From NCBI RefSeq assembly GCF_028641065.1, contig NC_073391.1, positions 23,994,001 to 24,058,000 on the forward strand: a stretch of 64,000 nt of DNA, written 5' to 3'. The translations under genes and the position numbers were made by a program. Each line of letters begins with the position of its first letter. The stretch's first letter is position 1. The notes below the pieces were generated by a model. It made no database searches, was not told the DNA's origin, and was given only the letters and a program-made list of their open reading frames with translations. Origin of the DNA: Leucoraja erinacea (Eukaryota). Shown piece after piece: positions 1 to 12,870 of the stretch.

Positions 1-44
1 GCCTGCTGACCCACATTTGTTTTTTCTCCAAACAAAGGTATCAA

Positions 45-385
45 AGGTATTTTATTGGTCACATTCACATACACCTAGGTGTAGTGAAGTGAAATGCTTC
101 TTGCCATTTTGCAGCACATAAAAAAGGAATACAGACATAACATTAATAAGAGTTTTAAACATAAAGAACATCCCCCCACAATGGTTCCCATTATGAGGGA
201 AGGCACAAAGTCCAGTCCCCAACCCCAGTTCACCCATAGTCGGGCCTTTTGAGGCCTCCACAGTTGCCTCTACGGAGGCCCGATGTTCCAGGCCGTTCTC
301 GCCGGGTGATGTTGCTCCGGCGTCGGGAGAATCCTCTCAGCGGCTTGGGAACCCTGGAACGGCCACTTCCGTACTGTTCCGTACA
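45..385 (-). mobile_element. GC-rich non-autonomous retroelement fragment with a Rex1/Babar-like 3' tail
   Basis: Minus strand ends in GCATTTCAC-stem-loop-TGACCAATAAA; GC-rich body similar to other copies in the window. Confidence 0.5.
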
Positions 386-639
386 GTGTTTTGATATAAT
401 TTTCATTCTTGTTTTGAAATTCCTCCAACTCCTTTCCAATTGTTAACATCTGAGATATTGGGGCTTATTTAAATATTGGCACTTTCTCATCTACTTTCAT
501 GGTACTGTCATTGGTGGAAGTCTGAGATTCACTCCAAAACCTCTGTGCATTCTCTTTGTAAGATATTTCTAGAGATCCTAGCAGGTCTTTCGAGCTACCG
601 ATCAACTGCCTTAGATTTTCTTATTTGCTTAATGTCAAT

Positions 640-912
640 TGGGGTGGCACAGTGGTGCAGCAGTCGAGCTGCTGCCTTACAGCACCAGAGACTTGGGTTT
701 GATCCTGACAATGTGGTCATCTGTGTACTTTCTCCCTATGACTTTGCCCCAGAAGCTTCCCACATTCCAAAGATGTGTAGGTTCGTAGGTTAATTGGCTT
801 CTGTAAATTCTCCCTAATATGTAGGATTGAACTAGTGTAAGAGTGGTCATGGTCAGCGCGGACTCGGTGGGCCAAATGGCTTGTTTCCACGCTGTTTCTC
901 TAAACTAAGCTA
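640..912 (+). mobile_element. tRNA-derived SINE (V-SINE/HE1-like)
   Basis: A-box TGGCACAGTGG, B-box-like GGTTTGATCC, body GGTTAATTGG..TGTAAATT, (TAAAC)n-like tail. Confidence 0.7.
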
Positions 913-2164
913 ATCAATTCTTCTTTGATAATGGTTCCTGTAAGAATGCTTTGGACGTTTTGCTGCATCGAAGGTGCTGTGCAATTGACGTTGTTTTTGT
1001 TGAGATCAGCTAGGTTAGAACATTTTATCGACTAACCCTGGAACCTTCCTGTCCTGGGTGACTAATGGATAAACATAGACGACCATTGTGTGGGTGGGAT
1101 AGCCTCCTGTTCAATTCTGCATGTGGATGTGTTTCTCCAATTGATCAACCTAAACTACTTAAGAATTAGGCTGACTGTAAGAGTATTTGAAAGAGAACAT
1201 CCTCAGGGAATTAAAAGTAAACTAACATTGTTCCTCTCGGCTCCACTGAACTTGAAGATCAATATGATTCTACACATAGAGTTTCACTTATTATACTTTC
1301 CATCTTTGAAATAGTATTTTGGTCTGTGTCGTTCCTGGCAAAGATTGCAAGGGAATGATACGTGCACAGAGATCTATTGTTTGCCCGGCAGGTGATAAGA
1401 CCCATGGTTGTGTTGGGACCATGGCCAATGATTCTGGGAGGCAGACATGGGTCAGCAAGTCAGGTACAATAAAATGCCGTCTATTAATCTTCAACGTGCC
1501 ATCTCAAATAATTATTGATTATGATGTTCTAACTGCTGCACTGGAATTTCCAAACATTGGTTCCTGTCTATGGATAAAGATTAGGAAAGGAGTTGGTGCT
1601 CTACCATAACGAGTGAGGAAATGGGGCAGGTATTACCACAGATGAGTAAAGGTACTTGCTTGGTCTCCTTACGCATTTTGCAGTGGAGCTCAGGCACACC
1701 TCCCTGAATTCCAACCCTTATGCCCATCAATGGTGTGGATGTACCCTGAGAGAGGAACTCTCGGTCCCAAGGTTTTCTCAGTGCTTGGAAGATATGTATC
1801 AATGGAGCAGGATTTCCAGCCTTGGAATAAAGAATCCAAGTCTACAAATCAACTCTCAAGGCATTGAGAGTTGAGAAAACAAGGCATGGCTGGTTGTAAA
1901 AGCAGTGAGATAGATTTTAACAGCTTAAAATCTCTCTGACATTCGTTGACATTTAAAAAATATATTACACCTTCCCCATCATATTGCCTCAGCCGAATAT
2001 TGGAGTGAATGGTCTGAAAAAAAGTTAAGTAAAAGTGTCTCAGAAGTCAAAATAAGATTAGTATTGTCCCCGGAATATGCTCCCTCAATATGGTCATGAT
2101 TGATCATTTAGCTCAGAGCCTCTTTCCTGCAGATCCTCTTTTTACCTGAAGACGTGCAATGGGC

Positions 2165-2502
2165 CTTTATTGTCACGTGTACCTAGGTATAGTGATATTC
2201 CTTTATTGAAAACAGTTCAGTAAAAGTTTTACTATATATAGGCAAAAATGATACTCAAATATAAGAGTGTAAGAGTAGTAGATTACACTGGGGCAGTACA
2301 CTAGAGTTGGCATATTTCCGGCACTTTCTTCCACCTTTTCAGGTTCAAAGTTGATAAGAATGAAAGAGTCTTAACTTAACCACTAAGGCCCTTTGTCCTG
2401 GCAGCGGCACTGGGTTGGAGTTGCAGGGGTCGGCCTGGCCTCTGACGACGCAGAAGTGAGCCTCCAGCTCGTTCATCGATATTCCTTTCCTCCGCCACCA
2501 TC
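2165..2502 (-). mobile_element. Short non-autonomous retroelement
   Basis: Minus strand starts AAGATGGTGGCGG and ends with a TACCTAGGTA stem-loop followed by GTGACAATAAA. Confidence 0.4.
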
Positions 2503-3269
2503 TTAAAGTATTAAATTGCGCTCTGACTGCATACACTCTATCAAGCCATGCAAGAATGTTATATTTATGTACTGACTCTAATTGGAATTATACTTATGCT
2601 CTGCCTCTTCCTGACAGGCTGGTTATCACAACTGATGCCATGCTATCTTAACCTCTCACTTTACTTTCTAAATTTCATCTCACCAGAACCCTCTCCTGAC
2701 TATTTCCACTAAAATCTAATCTACGCCCTTAGATAATTTGTCCCAGGCTGATTTAAGTACTTATTTTTACCTGGTACAGTTACTAGTGCCCCGAATTAAA
2801 ATTCATTTCTTTACACCATTTTTGTTTGAGGTTTACATTCATCTGTCTGACTTCATTGATTCAATGCTAATTTGCCCATGTCTTCACTAGTAATTGGATG
2901 ATTATCACTTTTACAGTTTGGCTTCGTACATTGGTCTCTAACAATTCAATTTCCTTCAGTGGGACCTCGTCCTTCATCTATGTTATAACCTATGTTATAT
3001 GTTCCTGCATGGGGAATGATAATTGAATTTTTCCCCTCTCACTTCATGTTCCTCTGCAGTCCTGAGACCATGTCATCAACTCTTGATAGGAGTAGGCAAC
3101 ATATCCTTTGGGTCTAGAATAATATCTAACCACATATTTATACATTTAACATTTTTGCAACAATCCTTTGCACTGCTCCTTTTCCCTCCACGATGTGTTG
3201 CCCAACCTTTCCTGTGGTCTCTGCTTTCATCGACACAGAATGCAAGATTTATACCTCTGCACTACAAGC

Positions 3270-3815
3270 ACAAGTTTGGGCCCTTCAGTCTGCAACGCCT
3301 GTGTTGAACATGTTGCCAAGATAAAGTAATCTCAATTCATAGTTCATTCCCTTCATTTCAATGTGCCTATTTAAAAGCTTTTTAAAAGCAGCTATCATAC
3401 CTGTCTCCATCACCACCACCCCCGGCAGCTTGTTCCAGGCACCCTCTCCACCCACGCTGTGTAAAAAGAAAGCTAGGCTCGTAAAATTCCATTAAACGTT
3501 GCCCCTCTTACCTAAAGCTAGGCCCTTGATTCTTTGACAATTCCACCCTAGGAAAAAAGTTCTGACAGTCTGCTCAATCTATTCCTCTCATAATTTTATA
3601 TACTTCTATCACATTTCCCCTCAACCTCCAGTGCTTCAGAGAAAACAATCCAAGTTTGTCAAACCTTGCCTTGTAGCGAATACCCCCCAAATCCAAGCAA
3701 CATTCTGGTAAACATCTTCAGCACCCTCCCCATAGCATCCACATTCTTCCTGTAATGGGGCAACCAGAACTGCATGTAATACACCAAATGCAGACAAACT
3801 AAAGTAATATAGAGA
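3270..3815 (-). mobile_element. CR1 LINE 3' fragment
   Basis: ORF 3659-3844 contains MQFWLPHYRKNVDAMGRVLKMFTRML (CR1 RT C-terminal region), followed by a CR1-type 3' UTR. Confidence 0.75.
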
Positions 3816-5296
3816 TTTTCACAAGATATGGGCAAGATCGTCATTTATTGCCCATCAATCTCTTGCCTTTTGTCTTATGATGATCAAACATCTTTGGGGA
3901 ATTAAGACATGAGTCACACACTGCAAAATTAGCTACTATGTTGACGTACTGTTGTTGCGACAAGTTGTGTTAAATCTGGTCTGTGATGACATTAAGACAT
4001 TGATATAGGTGATATTAACTGTTTAATTGCCATGTGTACAAGACCTCAAAATTCTCACTACAGCAATACTAGCACATAAAACGCAACAACACAACAAATA
4101 AATTTACAATGAATCATAAGTTATACTAGGTAAACCAGCCCATAATAGTTCAAGCCAAAGTAAATTGAATGTCAATAGATGGTAGTTAGATGATCTTGTA
4201 TGAAATTGTGAAATTATCAATCCTATATATTTTTTCACAGGTTCCTCATTGATCACTGTATTGTTAGAAGATATCATGCATTATGCCATGGTTATAGTTT
4301 AGGGGTTATAGCATCATGGTATTCATGATTGTATGATGGTTTAATTAATCTATTAAAATTATTTATATTGTATCTGCTGGATTCCATATTTATATAAAGA
4401 TTTAGAGAATGTTAATCATTATTATATATAGTTGTACAGGTCCTTTTGTAGTTAACTAATATAAACAACATATCTGTGCAATATAAAAAGTGACTACTTC
4501 TGTGTATATACATGAAAGCTAAGAATAATTATTTTATTGCTTGGTATTCATCTCACATTAAAGAAAATGAATTATGCTGAAAATATGCTTTGATCCAGAG
4601 CTTCACCCCAATGGCTAGCTTATTTTAAAATAACGTTTCTAAAACAAATGTTAAGCCATGTTATATCAAGTAAAGTACTGCTGGACTAAATTTAGAGAAG
4701 AATTCTGTAACCCATGTGTTAACACATGCTCAAATAACCAAATGTTCTAATCTCTGCATCATCAAATTCACTTCTGAATTTAAAGTATCTCTTTGACCTC
4801 TCTCAAAACTAGTAACTAAAATACTTCAAAGCATTCCAAACGAATTGATAAAATTAGGTGCCTTTCAGATATATAGCTGAAATGCTCACTTGAAACCGTG
4901 TATTATACGGAAGACTTAAACTTGATCTTCATTTATATTTGTCTGACCAGTGCTTATGTGAATCGTCTTGGCGTAGTTAATGACGATCCTTTAGACCTCA
5001 GATTTGAGTAATAAATGGTTGCTCACTTAATTCTATTGCTTTAATAACTGGAAACAGTGCTGGACCAGGTAACGCAATAAATGGATTTCATAGGGTGATT
5101 TGTGTGACATTCTGAAAAATGATCTTCAGTAGTGACCTGATTTAATGGAAATCAAACAGCGTGGCCATACCAAACACACTATATCGAAGTCGGAGTGGAT
5201 GGTCTTTTCACTGTGGTATTATGCAGAGTGGTGACTGGAATGTAGTGGAGCCTAATAGAACTCCAATTCAATCATTTCTCATTTTTGTGTTTGCAG

Positions 5297-5421
5297 GTCT
5301 TGCAATAGCCAGTGCACTTATAGATATTTCACAACAAAAGCCAAGTGAGTGCAAAGAGAAGACTTCCGCAGTTAGGAACAGAAAGCAGCTCCCTCCAACA
5401 CATCAAGGAACTTGTGTATAA
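5297..5421 (+). CDS. ATRNL1: Last coding exon of attractin-like protein 1 (cytoplasmic C-terminus)
   Basis: Acceptor tttttgtgtttgcAG ends at 5296. The phase-1 exon reads (G)LAIASALIDISQQKPSECKEKTSAVRNRKQLPPTHQGTCV*, which I recognise as the attractin-family C-terminus. LAIASALIDISQQK and GTCV fit ATRNL1 better than ATRN (LAVASALVDISQQM, GTCI). Upstream exons lie outside the window. Confidence 0.9.
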
Positions 5422-7100
5422 AAACATTAAAAACTGCACTTGTTTATTCTTTCAACTGTTTTCCTTTTTGATATGGCTTTGATTTAAAGCCACCCAGCAG
5501 CCTCAGTTTTTCAAGAGGCGCCAAGATAAGAATATTATTAGAAAATGTGCCCTGTCATCTTCATATGAAGTCAGTGATGGGTCCTGTACCGACCGGTGGA
5601 TAGAGGTCACACACGTCTTCCACACTGTTGGTTTGATTTATTGCATTTTCACACCATTAACCATGTTTGTAAATATGATTGCGGAAATAAAATTAGATAT
5701 GTTAAATGACCACAGATGTTATTTTCATTTTAGCCACATGCTGATGGCAATTGATTGTGGTTTGAATAACTATCAATATTTAAGGATGTTAAAGTATTAA
5801 TGCAAATGTGTTAACAGAAGAATGAATGTTTTTGAAATATGCAGTAGTGCAACCGGTAAATGTGAAGGGGGAGGAAAGAAAGGCATAAATATTGATGCAT
5901 TTGTTACTGTCCCTGAAGTTTCCAATTATTTTCATTCTGAAGAGGTCATGGAATAATTCTGTAGTGTGCAGTTTGATTCATGGTTACTTGCATGTTACAG
6001 TGGTGCTGAATCAATAATTAAAAATCCATTGTATGTTAATCATATGAACAAAATATACATCTGTTGCGATTTATGATATTCCTGGATTCTGCGTTTACAT
6101 TCTTAGGGAATGCATTAATGTATTTTACTGCTCTCTCGTCATTTTGAATCAGGAGAGCATTTGTAAAAAAATATATTATTTATTGCAATCATCTAAGGGA
6201 AAATTGTACATAACTACATTTTCTTCACAGTTCCATTGCACATTTCCTTTTTGGTGGTAAGTTGACCAACAACTAACTTTGATAAGCATTGATTGGCATG
6301 ATAGCAAAGAAATGAAGGACACAGGGTAGAAGAAGCAAGTGAATCGGTGGTCTGTTTTTCAATTCCTAAGTGGTTTAGATAACTGATATGATTACATTAC
6401 AGTTTCACTAGGCAATAAATTCTACAGAATTGTTGTATTTTCTTTCAGGTAGGAAATAATTCTTTTTTCATACATAAAAATGCAATAATTCTGCAACTGG
6501 AACAATCCATTCTACAAAATATCTGTTCTGATTTTCATATTGCAGGTAAATTTAGCAGAATTATAGAAGTCAATGATCTTGGACTACCCACGCTACATCG
6601 ATAGAAAAGGTTCTTTTCATGTAACATTTGTGTTGAATTGCACTGATCTGTGGGAATTTAGTTCTAACCTGCAATGGAATCACTTTTAAGTCATGGTGTA
6701 TTAAGGACAGATGAAAGCTCCACTGTTTTCACGTCTCATAGGAGTTCTGTGATTTTTTTTTTTTTTACTGATTTATGTCTTGCCACCTAATTCATTAATT
6801 TGTAAATTTGCCGCATCTGTAAATACACATCTGACAGCATCAGTCAGGTGATCGCACAAAGAAGTATTTTACACTGAAATGTTTAGATTTATATCATTAA
6901 GGAACAGCTCACATATGTTCTGGACCAATGTAAAACAATTTTGAAGCTTCAACATAATAAAAAAAATCTCAAATCATTTTTTTTCAACTTTCTTTCCTGT
7001 GTCATGGAGAAATTCTTTACCATGTTTTTTTTCAGATTTGTTTTCAATTGTCTTGGCCCCGGGGATGTTAAAAGACATAAAGCTGAATGTGTCCATGAAA
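5422..7100 (+). other. Probable ATRNL1 3' UTR (end uncertain)
   Basis: AT-rich sequence after the stop codon with no recognisable repeats; AATAAA at 5686, 6414 and 6956. Confidence 0.55.
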
Positions 7101-7659
7101 TGACAAAATAGAAATTGTTGGAGAATGTGGATCAATGTTTTACACTTTGAGGTTTTTTTTAATATTGTACCTTGAACAATGTTACCAAACTCATCTCACA
7201 CATAGCAATTGGACATTGCAAAGAAAATGGATTCTGACCAATATACAGCAACTTGCTTGTTTTCAGGGTAACCCTAGTCGAGGAACAATTCAACAGAAAT
7301 AGTGTAATTATAACCATACCAACAATCTGTTGCACAGATTGAATCTCTTCACGTGGTTTGCAGAGGGGTGGGTGGGTGGGTGGGAGGAAGTGGGGGTAAA
7401 CTCCTCTCAGAAGCTAACATTGAAGGTTTAGTTCAAATGGCGAGGCCAGGCTTCACTGCGGAGAAACTTCAACAAGTGAAGATTATCTAAAATCTACGCT
7501 CCACAAGCAACCGATATAATGCAAAAGTATGATTTTTTAAAAGATTTGGCGTTCACGTTTGCGCCAGACAAGAACATCTGCTGATCAAATACACAAGGAT
7601 CCACACAAGAAGGAAACATCTTGATTGTCCAGAATTCCTGTCACAATTTTTGTTAACAG

Positions 7660-7858
7660 TTTTCATGTTGACATGTAGAGGGCATGTTTAAAGTGAAAGG
7701 AAAAAATTTAATAAGAACCTGAGGGGCAACTTTTTTCATACAGAAGGTTGTAGGTATATGGAATATGCTGCCAGAGGAGGTGGTTGAGGCAGGTACAACA
7801 ACATTTAAAAGACACCTGGACAGGTAAGGAAAGGTTTAGAGGGAGATGGGTCAACTAA
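7660..7858 (+). mobile_element. CR1 LINE 3' fragment
   Basis: Motifs tttaaagtgaaagg, ggcaacttttttcatacaga and ctgccagaggaggtggttgaggcaggtac recur in the other CR1 copies. Confidence 0.7.
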
Positions 7859-7865
7859 AAGCCTA

Positions 7866-8169
7866 AAGGGCCTGTCCCACTTTCCCGAGTTACTCACGAA
7901 TTCTCCCGAGTTGTCCCCTTGATTCAAACTCAGAGAATGTCCGTAGCGAGTCCGTAAGAGGGTGTAGCGAGTCCATAGGAGTCTGTAGATATATCGTAGC
8001 GGCTCGTTATGCCAGCCATAGGTAAGTCCGGACGTTTTTTCCAGCATGTCAAAAAAGTCCATGAGTAAAAAGATAGTCGAGAGGAGGAGTTCGTAGATCA
8101 CAAAAATCTTGATTTTTTTTTAGGCCCTTTCAATTCGGCAGAGGACTCGGGAAAGTGGGACAGGCCCTT
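7866..8169. mobile_element. MITE (PIF/Harbinger-like)
   Basis: TIRs AAGGGCCTGTCCCACTTTCCCGAGT / ACTCGGGAAAGTGGGACAGGCCCTT flanked by TA (TAA/TTA); about 300 bp and non-coding. Confidence 0.8.
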
Positions 8170-8602
8170 TAGGCTCTTCGGCCCAATTTGCCTATGTCGA
8201 CCAAAATGCCCATCTAGGTTAACTGTATGACATTATAATTCTACCTGCAAGAGTATGTGCCTTTGGCATATGGCCATCCCCAATTTTAAAACATTAGTAA
8301 TGCTGTTGTTTCAGACTTCCATCTTTGGCGGTGGGTTGGTAATCTCACATTCCTGTCTCAGTTTCTTTGTTCTTGCACTTTCCAAGTATATATTTCTGAT
8401 ATCCCTTTATCTTTCAGCCCTGTGTTTCTATATTCTATAATGATGCTCTAATTTCACCTGGTTCTCGGTATATTGTTTTACATGTAAAAAATCCTCAAGC
8501 TGCCTCTGTAATCTGGATGCTCTCATTATCCCCTTTTCTCCCAGGCACACTTCTCTACTTTTCCTGTGCATTCTCCATTTCATCATCTCAACTTGATGAC
8601 TA

Positions 8603-8635
8603 GAGGCGTGGGTTCGTATACCACTTCTGACACCA
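8603..8635 (+). pseudogene. 3' 33 nt of tRNA-Leu(CAA) including CCA (extended PBS)
   Basis: GAGGCGTGGGTTCGTATACCACTTCTGACACCA versus the vertebrate tRNA-Leu(CAA) 3' end as I recall it, GAGGCGTGGGTTCGAATCCCACTTCTGACA-CCA: 2 mismatches. Confidence 0.8.
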
Positions 8636-8849
8636 TGTAAACAAGAGAGTCACACGATATATAATCCAAGATCATCTTTAATCGTTACGCAAACTATAGC
8701 AGTACAGCAGATTGTTAGTTGTCAGGGCATCCTGACTGCTTCCAGAACCGAGCAGTAAAGGAAGTGGGTGTAAATATAAATGGTACAGTAAGGTGGGGTT
8801 AGTGATGCTAACCTATTATGATTGGTTGTCATGCATAAACCCATCTACA
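8636..8849 (-). mobile_element. Gypsy-type LTR with a PPT on one side and a tRNA-Leu PBS on the other
   Basis: TGTA...TACA termini. On the minus strand it is preceded by GAAAGAGGAT and followed by TGGTGTCAGAAGTGG. Confidence 0.75.
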
Positions 8850-10614
8850 ATCCTCTTTCATAATGTCTTATGTCTTTCATAATCTTCAATCTGTTTGTGC
8901 AGTGAAGAACCATTTTTCTTTTTTTTAAAGAAAAAGCTTTAAAATATCGCATCTCTGATTCATCATTAGATGAACAACAGGAGATCAAGCAGTTTTAAAG
9001 TAAATGGTATAATTTGGCACTGTTCCGTGAATTATTTTGTGTGTGTACACACTGGAACAGAAGGATCACTGGGCAGATTTGGATGAGTACAAAAGGAAAA
9101 CTGATTTCCACTTGTGATGCAATGTATTAACCTTCCTTCATTTCTGCACATTTGGTTAAATTAAAATATTTTGTAGGGAAGGGGGTGGAAATAACGAGTG
9201 AATAGAATAAACAATAGATAGAACAAAAGCGCAAATTTAGTTAATGCTTCACTGCTATCACCAGCCAAATTTAATGCTGTGCTAAAATCTTTCTCAGACT
9301 AAGAGCTCGATTATGGGTCCAACTGGGACTTAAAAGACATCATGCCAGCTATTGCTTACTTGCTGGTGCTTGCCAAGGGATTTCCAAATGTTATTCCTAA
9401 TGCCTCACTTACTAGAAGCCATTGCTAATTCCCCATTGAATTCAAACTGAACTGTGATGGGATCCTGCTGAGTTGCAAAAGCTACAATATCTATCCAAGA
9501 TATGTCTTGAACTATGGAGTTAATGGGATTTAAATATTTTTTGTTCTGGAAAGGAAGTTCAGCCACATATAATGTCCTTCAGTTAAATGTGATATCTTTA
9601 AGATTGTATTTGACAAACATTATTTGGGGGGGAATCTGTGAAGATATTGAATTAGTGTCTTATTACAACAGTTATTTGCAGAGATGCTGATAATTTTAAC
9701 ATGAAATAATCTTAAATGTAATGTTAATCATATTTAACTTGGAATGCAATGTGCTCCAGGTACATCTTTTTGCAACCGGCTAATGTCTATGGATTACTAA
9801 ACTTAATTTGGTCTATTATTGTTATGGCATTAACCAAATTATGATATCTTAGGAAATCAAAGTTAAAATTATATTTGATCAGTGGGGAAAAATGGTGTAA
9901 TTCATAGTTTATTTATTTCCTTCTTGGCAGATTAGAAAACTCATGAAGTGATTTTGTGAAAATGTGCTGTAATGTACTCTGTGAGCTTCAGAGAAGAGTG
10001 ACCAAATTTATGTTTCCACTGTGTGCAAATGTCAATAACGTTCCCAAAGTGAAATAGCGATCATGCATTATACATTAAAGATCATGCCTCACTGTCATTT
10101 TCATCTGGTGGAGAGAAAAGTATACTAACCAGAACAAAGTAAGTGTGGTTAAGAATCTATCAGATAATTTGGACAGAATTGTTATTCATTTATGCAGTCT
10201 AAACAAAGAATGGAGAATATTCTCCATGCATTATCTAAACCTAAACCTGTTCCATATTTTGTATAATTTAGCAAATTACATTTCCTTTTTGTTTGCTGGT
10301 TATGTTTACTCCACAGATGATCACAGTAAAGATTATATGAAAGCGTTGCTAATGTACAACACTTTCAATGCTTCTGGGAAAATAATTATTTTCTCCATCT
10401 ACAAACTTTATTTCACTCTCCTAATATTATGGAGTTCACCTGATGTGCATTCAAAAGAGGTGGGATTCCGTCTTGGGTCGCACGTATTGTAAACTGCTGA
10501 AACTGGAAGATCTAAGAGTCAAATCTTCTCTTGTTCTCAAGTTATCTAATTGTATTTTTAATGAGATATTCCAGCTGTGCACATTTATACATTCCTGCCT
10601 TTCAAATTCTTCAA

Positions 10615-11390
10615 CATTGACTGAGTGGAAGGAGTCTGTGGTACTGGAGGGTTGTTGTACAGATTACAGGTGTGAACAGTAGTGTGTTACAGGTTTCAAT
10701 GCTGGGACCACAGTTGTTTATTATTTATATGAATGATTCAGATGACTGTGATTAGTAAGTTTATGGATGCACCAAAATTGATGGTACAATGAACAGTAAC
10801 AAATATTATAACAGGATTTATATGAAGTGCACAAGATGCACAAGATATGAAGTGCAAATTATATTTAACTCTGACAAGTGCAAGGTATGGCAGTTTGGAA
10901 AGTTAAACCAGGTCAGGACTTGCACTGTAAATGGAAGGGTCCTGGTGTGTTGTACAGCAAAGAGACATAGTGATGCAAGTACATACTGTAGTTCCCTGAA
11001 GGTGGCGACACAGGTGCACAAGGTGACGAAGGTGTTCGGAATACTTGCCTTCATCAGTCAAGGCATTGAGTACAGGAGTTGAGGCATCATGTAACAACTG
11101 TTCAAGTCGATGGTGAGATCACATTTAGAGGACTGAGTGCTGTCCTGGTTGCCCAGCTATCGGAAGGATAGTGTTAACCAAAGATCTTTGGTGTTAACCT
11201 GGAAAAGGTGCAGGGAAGAATCATTAGGCTTTTACTGGGACTGGGGGTGGGGGGGGGCTTGAGTTATAAGAAGAAGTTGGATAGGCTGGGCTGTTTTCAT
11301 TGGAGGTTAAAGGATGAATATATAGAGGTATATAATCATGAGGGGTGAAGATAAGCTAGATGGTCACCGTCTTCCCAGGGTAAAGGAACT
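10615..11390 (+). mobile_element. Degenerate CR1 LINE RT fragment
   Basis: FNSDKCKVWQFG and FGILAFISQGIEYRS in ORF 10789-11082; YRKD..LEKVQ downstream. Confidence 0.8.
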
Positions 11391-11819
11391 TGATGCAGTA
11401 TAACTCCGTGACTCTCTGGCTGATATATTCGCTAATATTAACTGCAGCCAATCAGAATATCAGAGGTACTGGTAATGCATAACTGCTATCAAATTTACAT
11501 AAGTAATTACAAAATTTAAAAAGATTGTCCAATCCTTATTCATTTGAATCCTTGGGCCAGATGTTAATCTCCCATCAATACCATGATTTGACTTTCTAAT
11601 GCAAATATTTTGTGCCATAACCCAATAGAAGTATGAACATATGTTGTGGCATTTGGAGAACCTTGATGCATGGTGAGGCTGGCTATTCTCAAGTCTGAGA
11701 GATAATATGAGGAAAAGAAAGACTGAATTCAGAGCTGAGAGGAACAAAAAGACAATAAATAAAATATTAAAAAATGTCACCAATCATAAAGTGCATCCAA
11801 AAATGAGATAAAATAATCA

Positions 11820-12000
11820 GTTTAGTTTATTGTCACGTGTAACCGAGGTACAGTGAAAAGCTTTTGTTGCGTGCTGACCATTCAGCAGTAAGATGCAACA
11901 TGATTACAATCGAGCCATTTACAGTGTAAATGCATAAGGGAATAACGTTTAGTGCAAGGTAAAGCCAGCAAAGTTCGATCAAAGATAGTCTGGAGGTCTA
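11820..12000 (-). mobile_element. Rex1/Babar-type 3' tail fragment
   Basis: Plus strand tttagtttattgtcacgtgtaaccgaggtacagtgaaaagctttt is the reverse complement of the shared tail. Confidence 0.55.
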
Positions 12001-12189
12001 TTGAATTTATGTGCCAAAGAAGTTGATTAGGACTGCAATCAATTGCCACTTTGTTAAACCCTACAGCAATCAAAATAAATCTTGATTTTTAAATATAATG
12101 TCAATCTCCACGTATCCACTCATGACAGCAGCTCTACCTCAACATCAATATCTCAATAAATTCTACTGTCCAACTACAGACTTCTCATC

Positions 12190-12870
12190 TGCAATTTTTC
12201 ATAGCCAAACCGGATTGTTTATTATCTTGATGCCAACCATTAATCATGAGATGAGGTTTGGACTACTTTCCTACCCCAGCACCTATTTCCACCTCTGTAA
12301 TATCACTTGACTCCACCCCATCCCTTTCTCATCTGCTGAAATATTCATCCATTTGCTGCTTCCAGACTTGGTTTCTTTATTCTAATGCATTACTGGCCAC
12401 CATTGCACAGACCGTGAAATTGAGGTAATCTAAAATAAATCAATTGCAGTCCTAGTTTGTTTGTTCTATTCACTCATCATACATGGGTAAATTGGCTTCC
12501 AGTTAAGCAGCACCTTGAGTTTAAAATCCTCATCCCTGCTTTTGATTCACTCTTTGGCCTCCCAACCAGCCCAATGTCTCTACAAATAAGTCCAGACCTT
12601 CAATTGGCGATCCTTCAATATTGTTTTCTCATGCACCCCTAATATATTTTACTCGTTATGGTGGCTATAACTTCAGCTGTCAATGCCTACAGTATAGAAT
12701 TGCTTTCTTCTCAACCTCAATATCTCTACATCTCTTTTCTCAAAGATCCTCCATAAAGCCTTCCACATTAATCAATCTGCCCTAATGAAGCCGATGTCAT
12801 GTCAAATTTTGTTTGATTATGCTCTTGTAAAGTACTTTGAAACATTTTATTACATTAAAGCATACTAATG
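12190..12870 (+). mobile_element. Old L2-clade LINE 3' fragment
   Basis: WLPVKQHLEFKILI resembles HWLPVHHRINYKILL of the L2 copy at 32.4 kb. Confidence 0.6.

Noticed and set aside
1315-1830. Possible CR1 ORF1 esterase relic
   Set aside because: Only a faint motif resemblance (VCVVPG, VGT..ND); too decayed to call.
5161-5296. N-terminal part of ORF 5161-5421
   Set aside because: Intronic read-through upstream of the splice acceptor; only 5297 onward matches ATRNL1.
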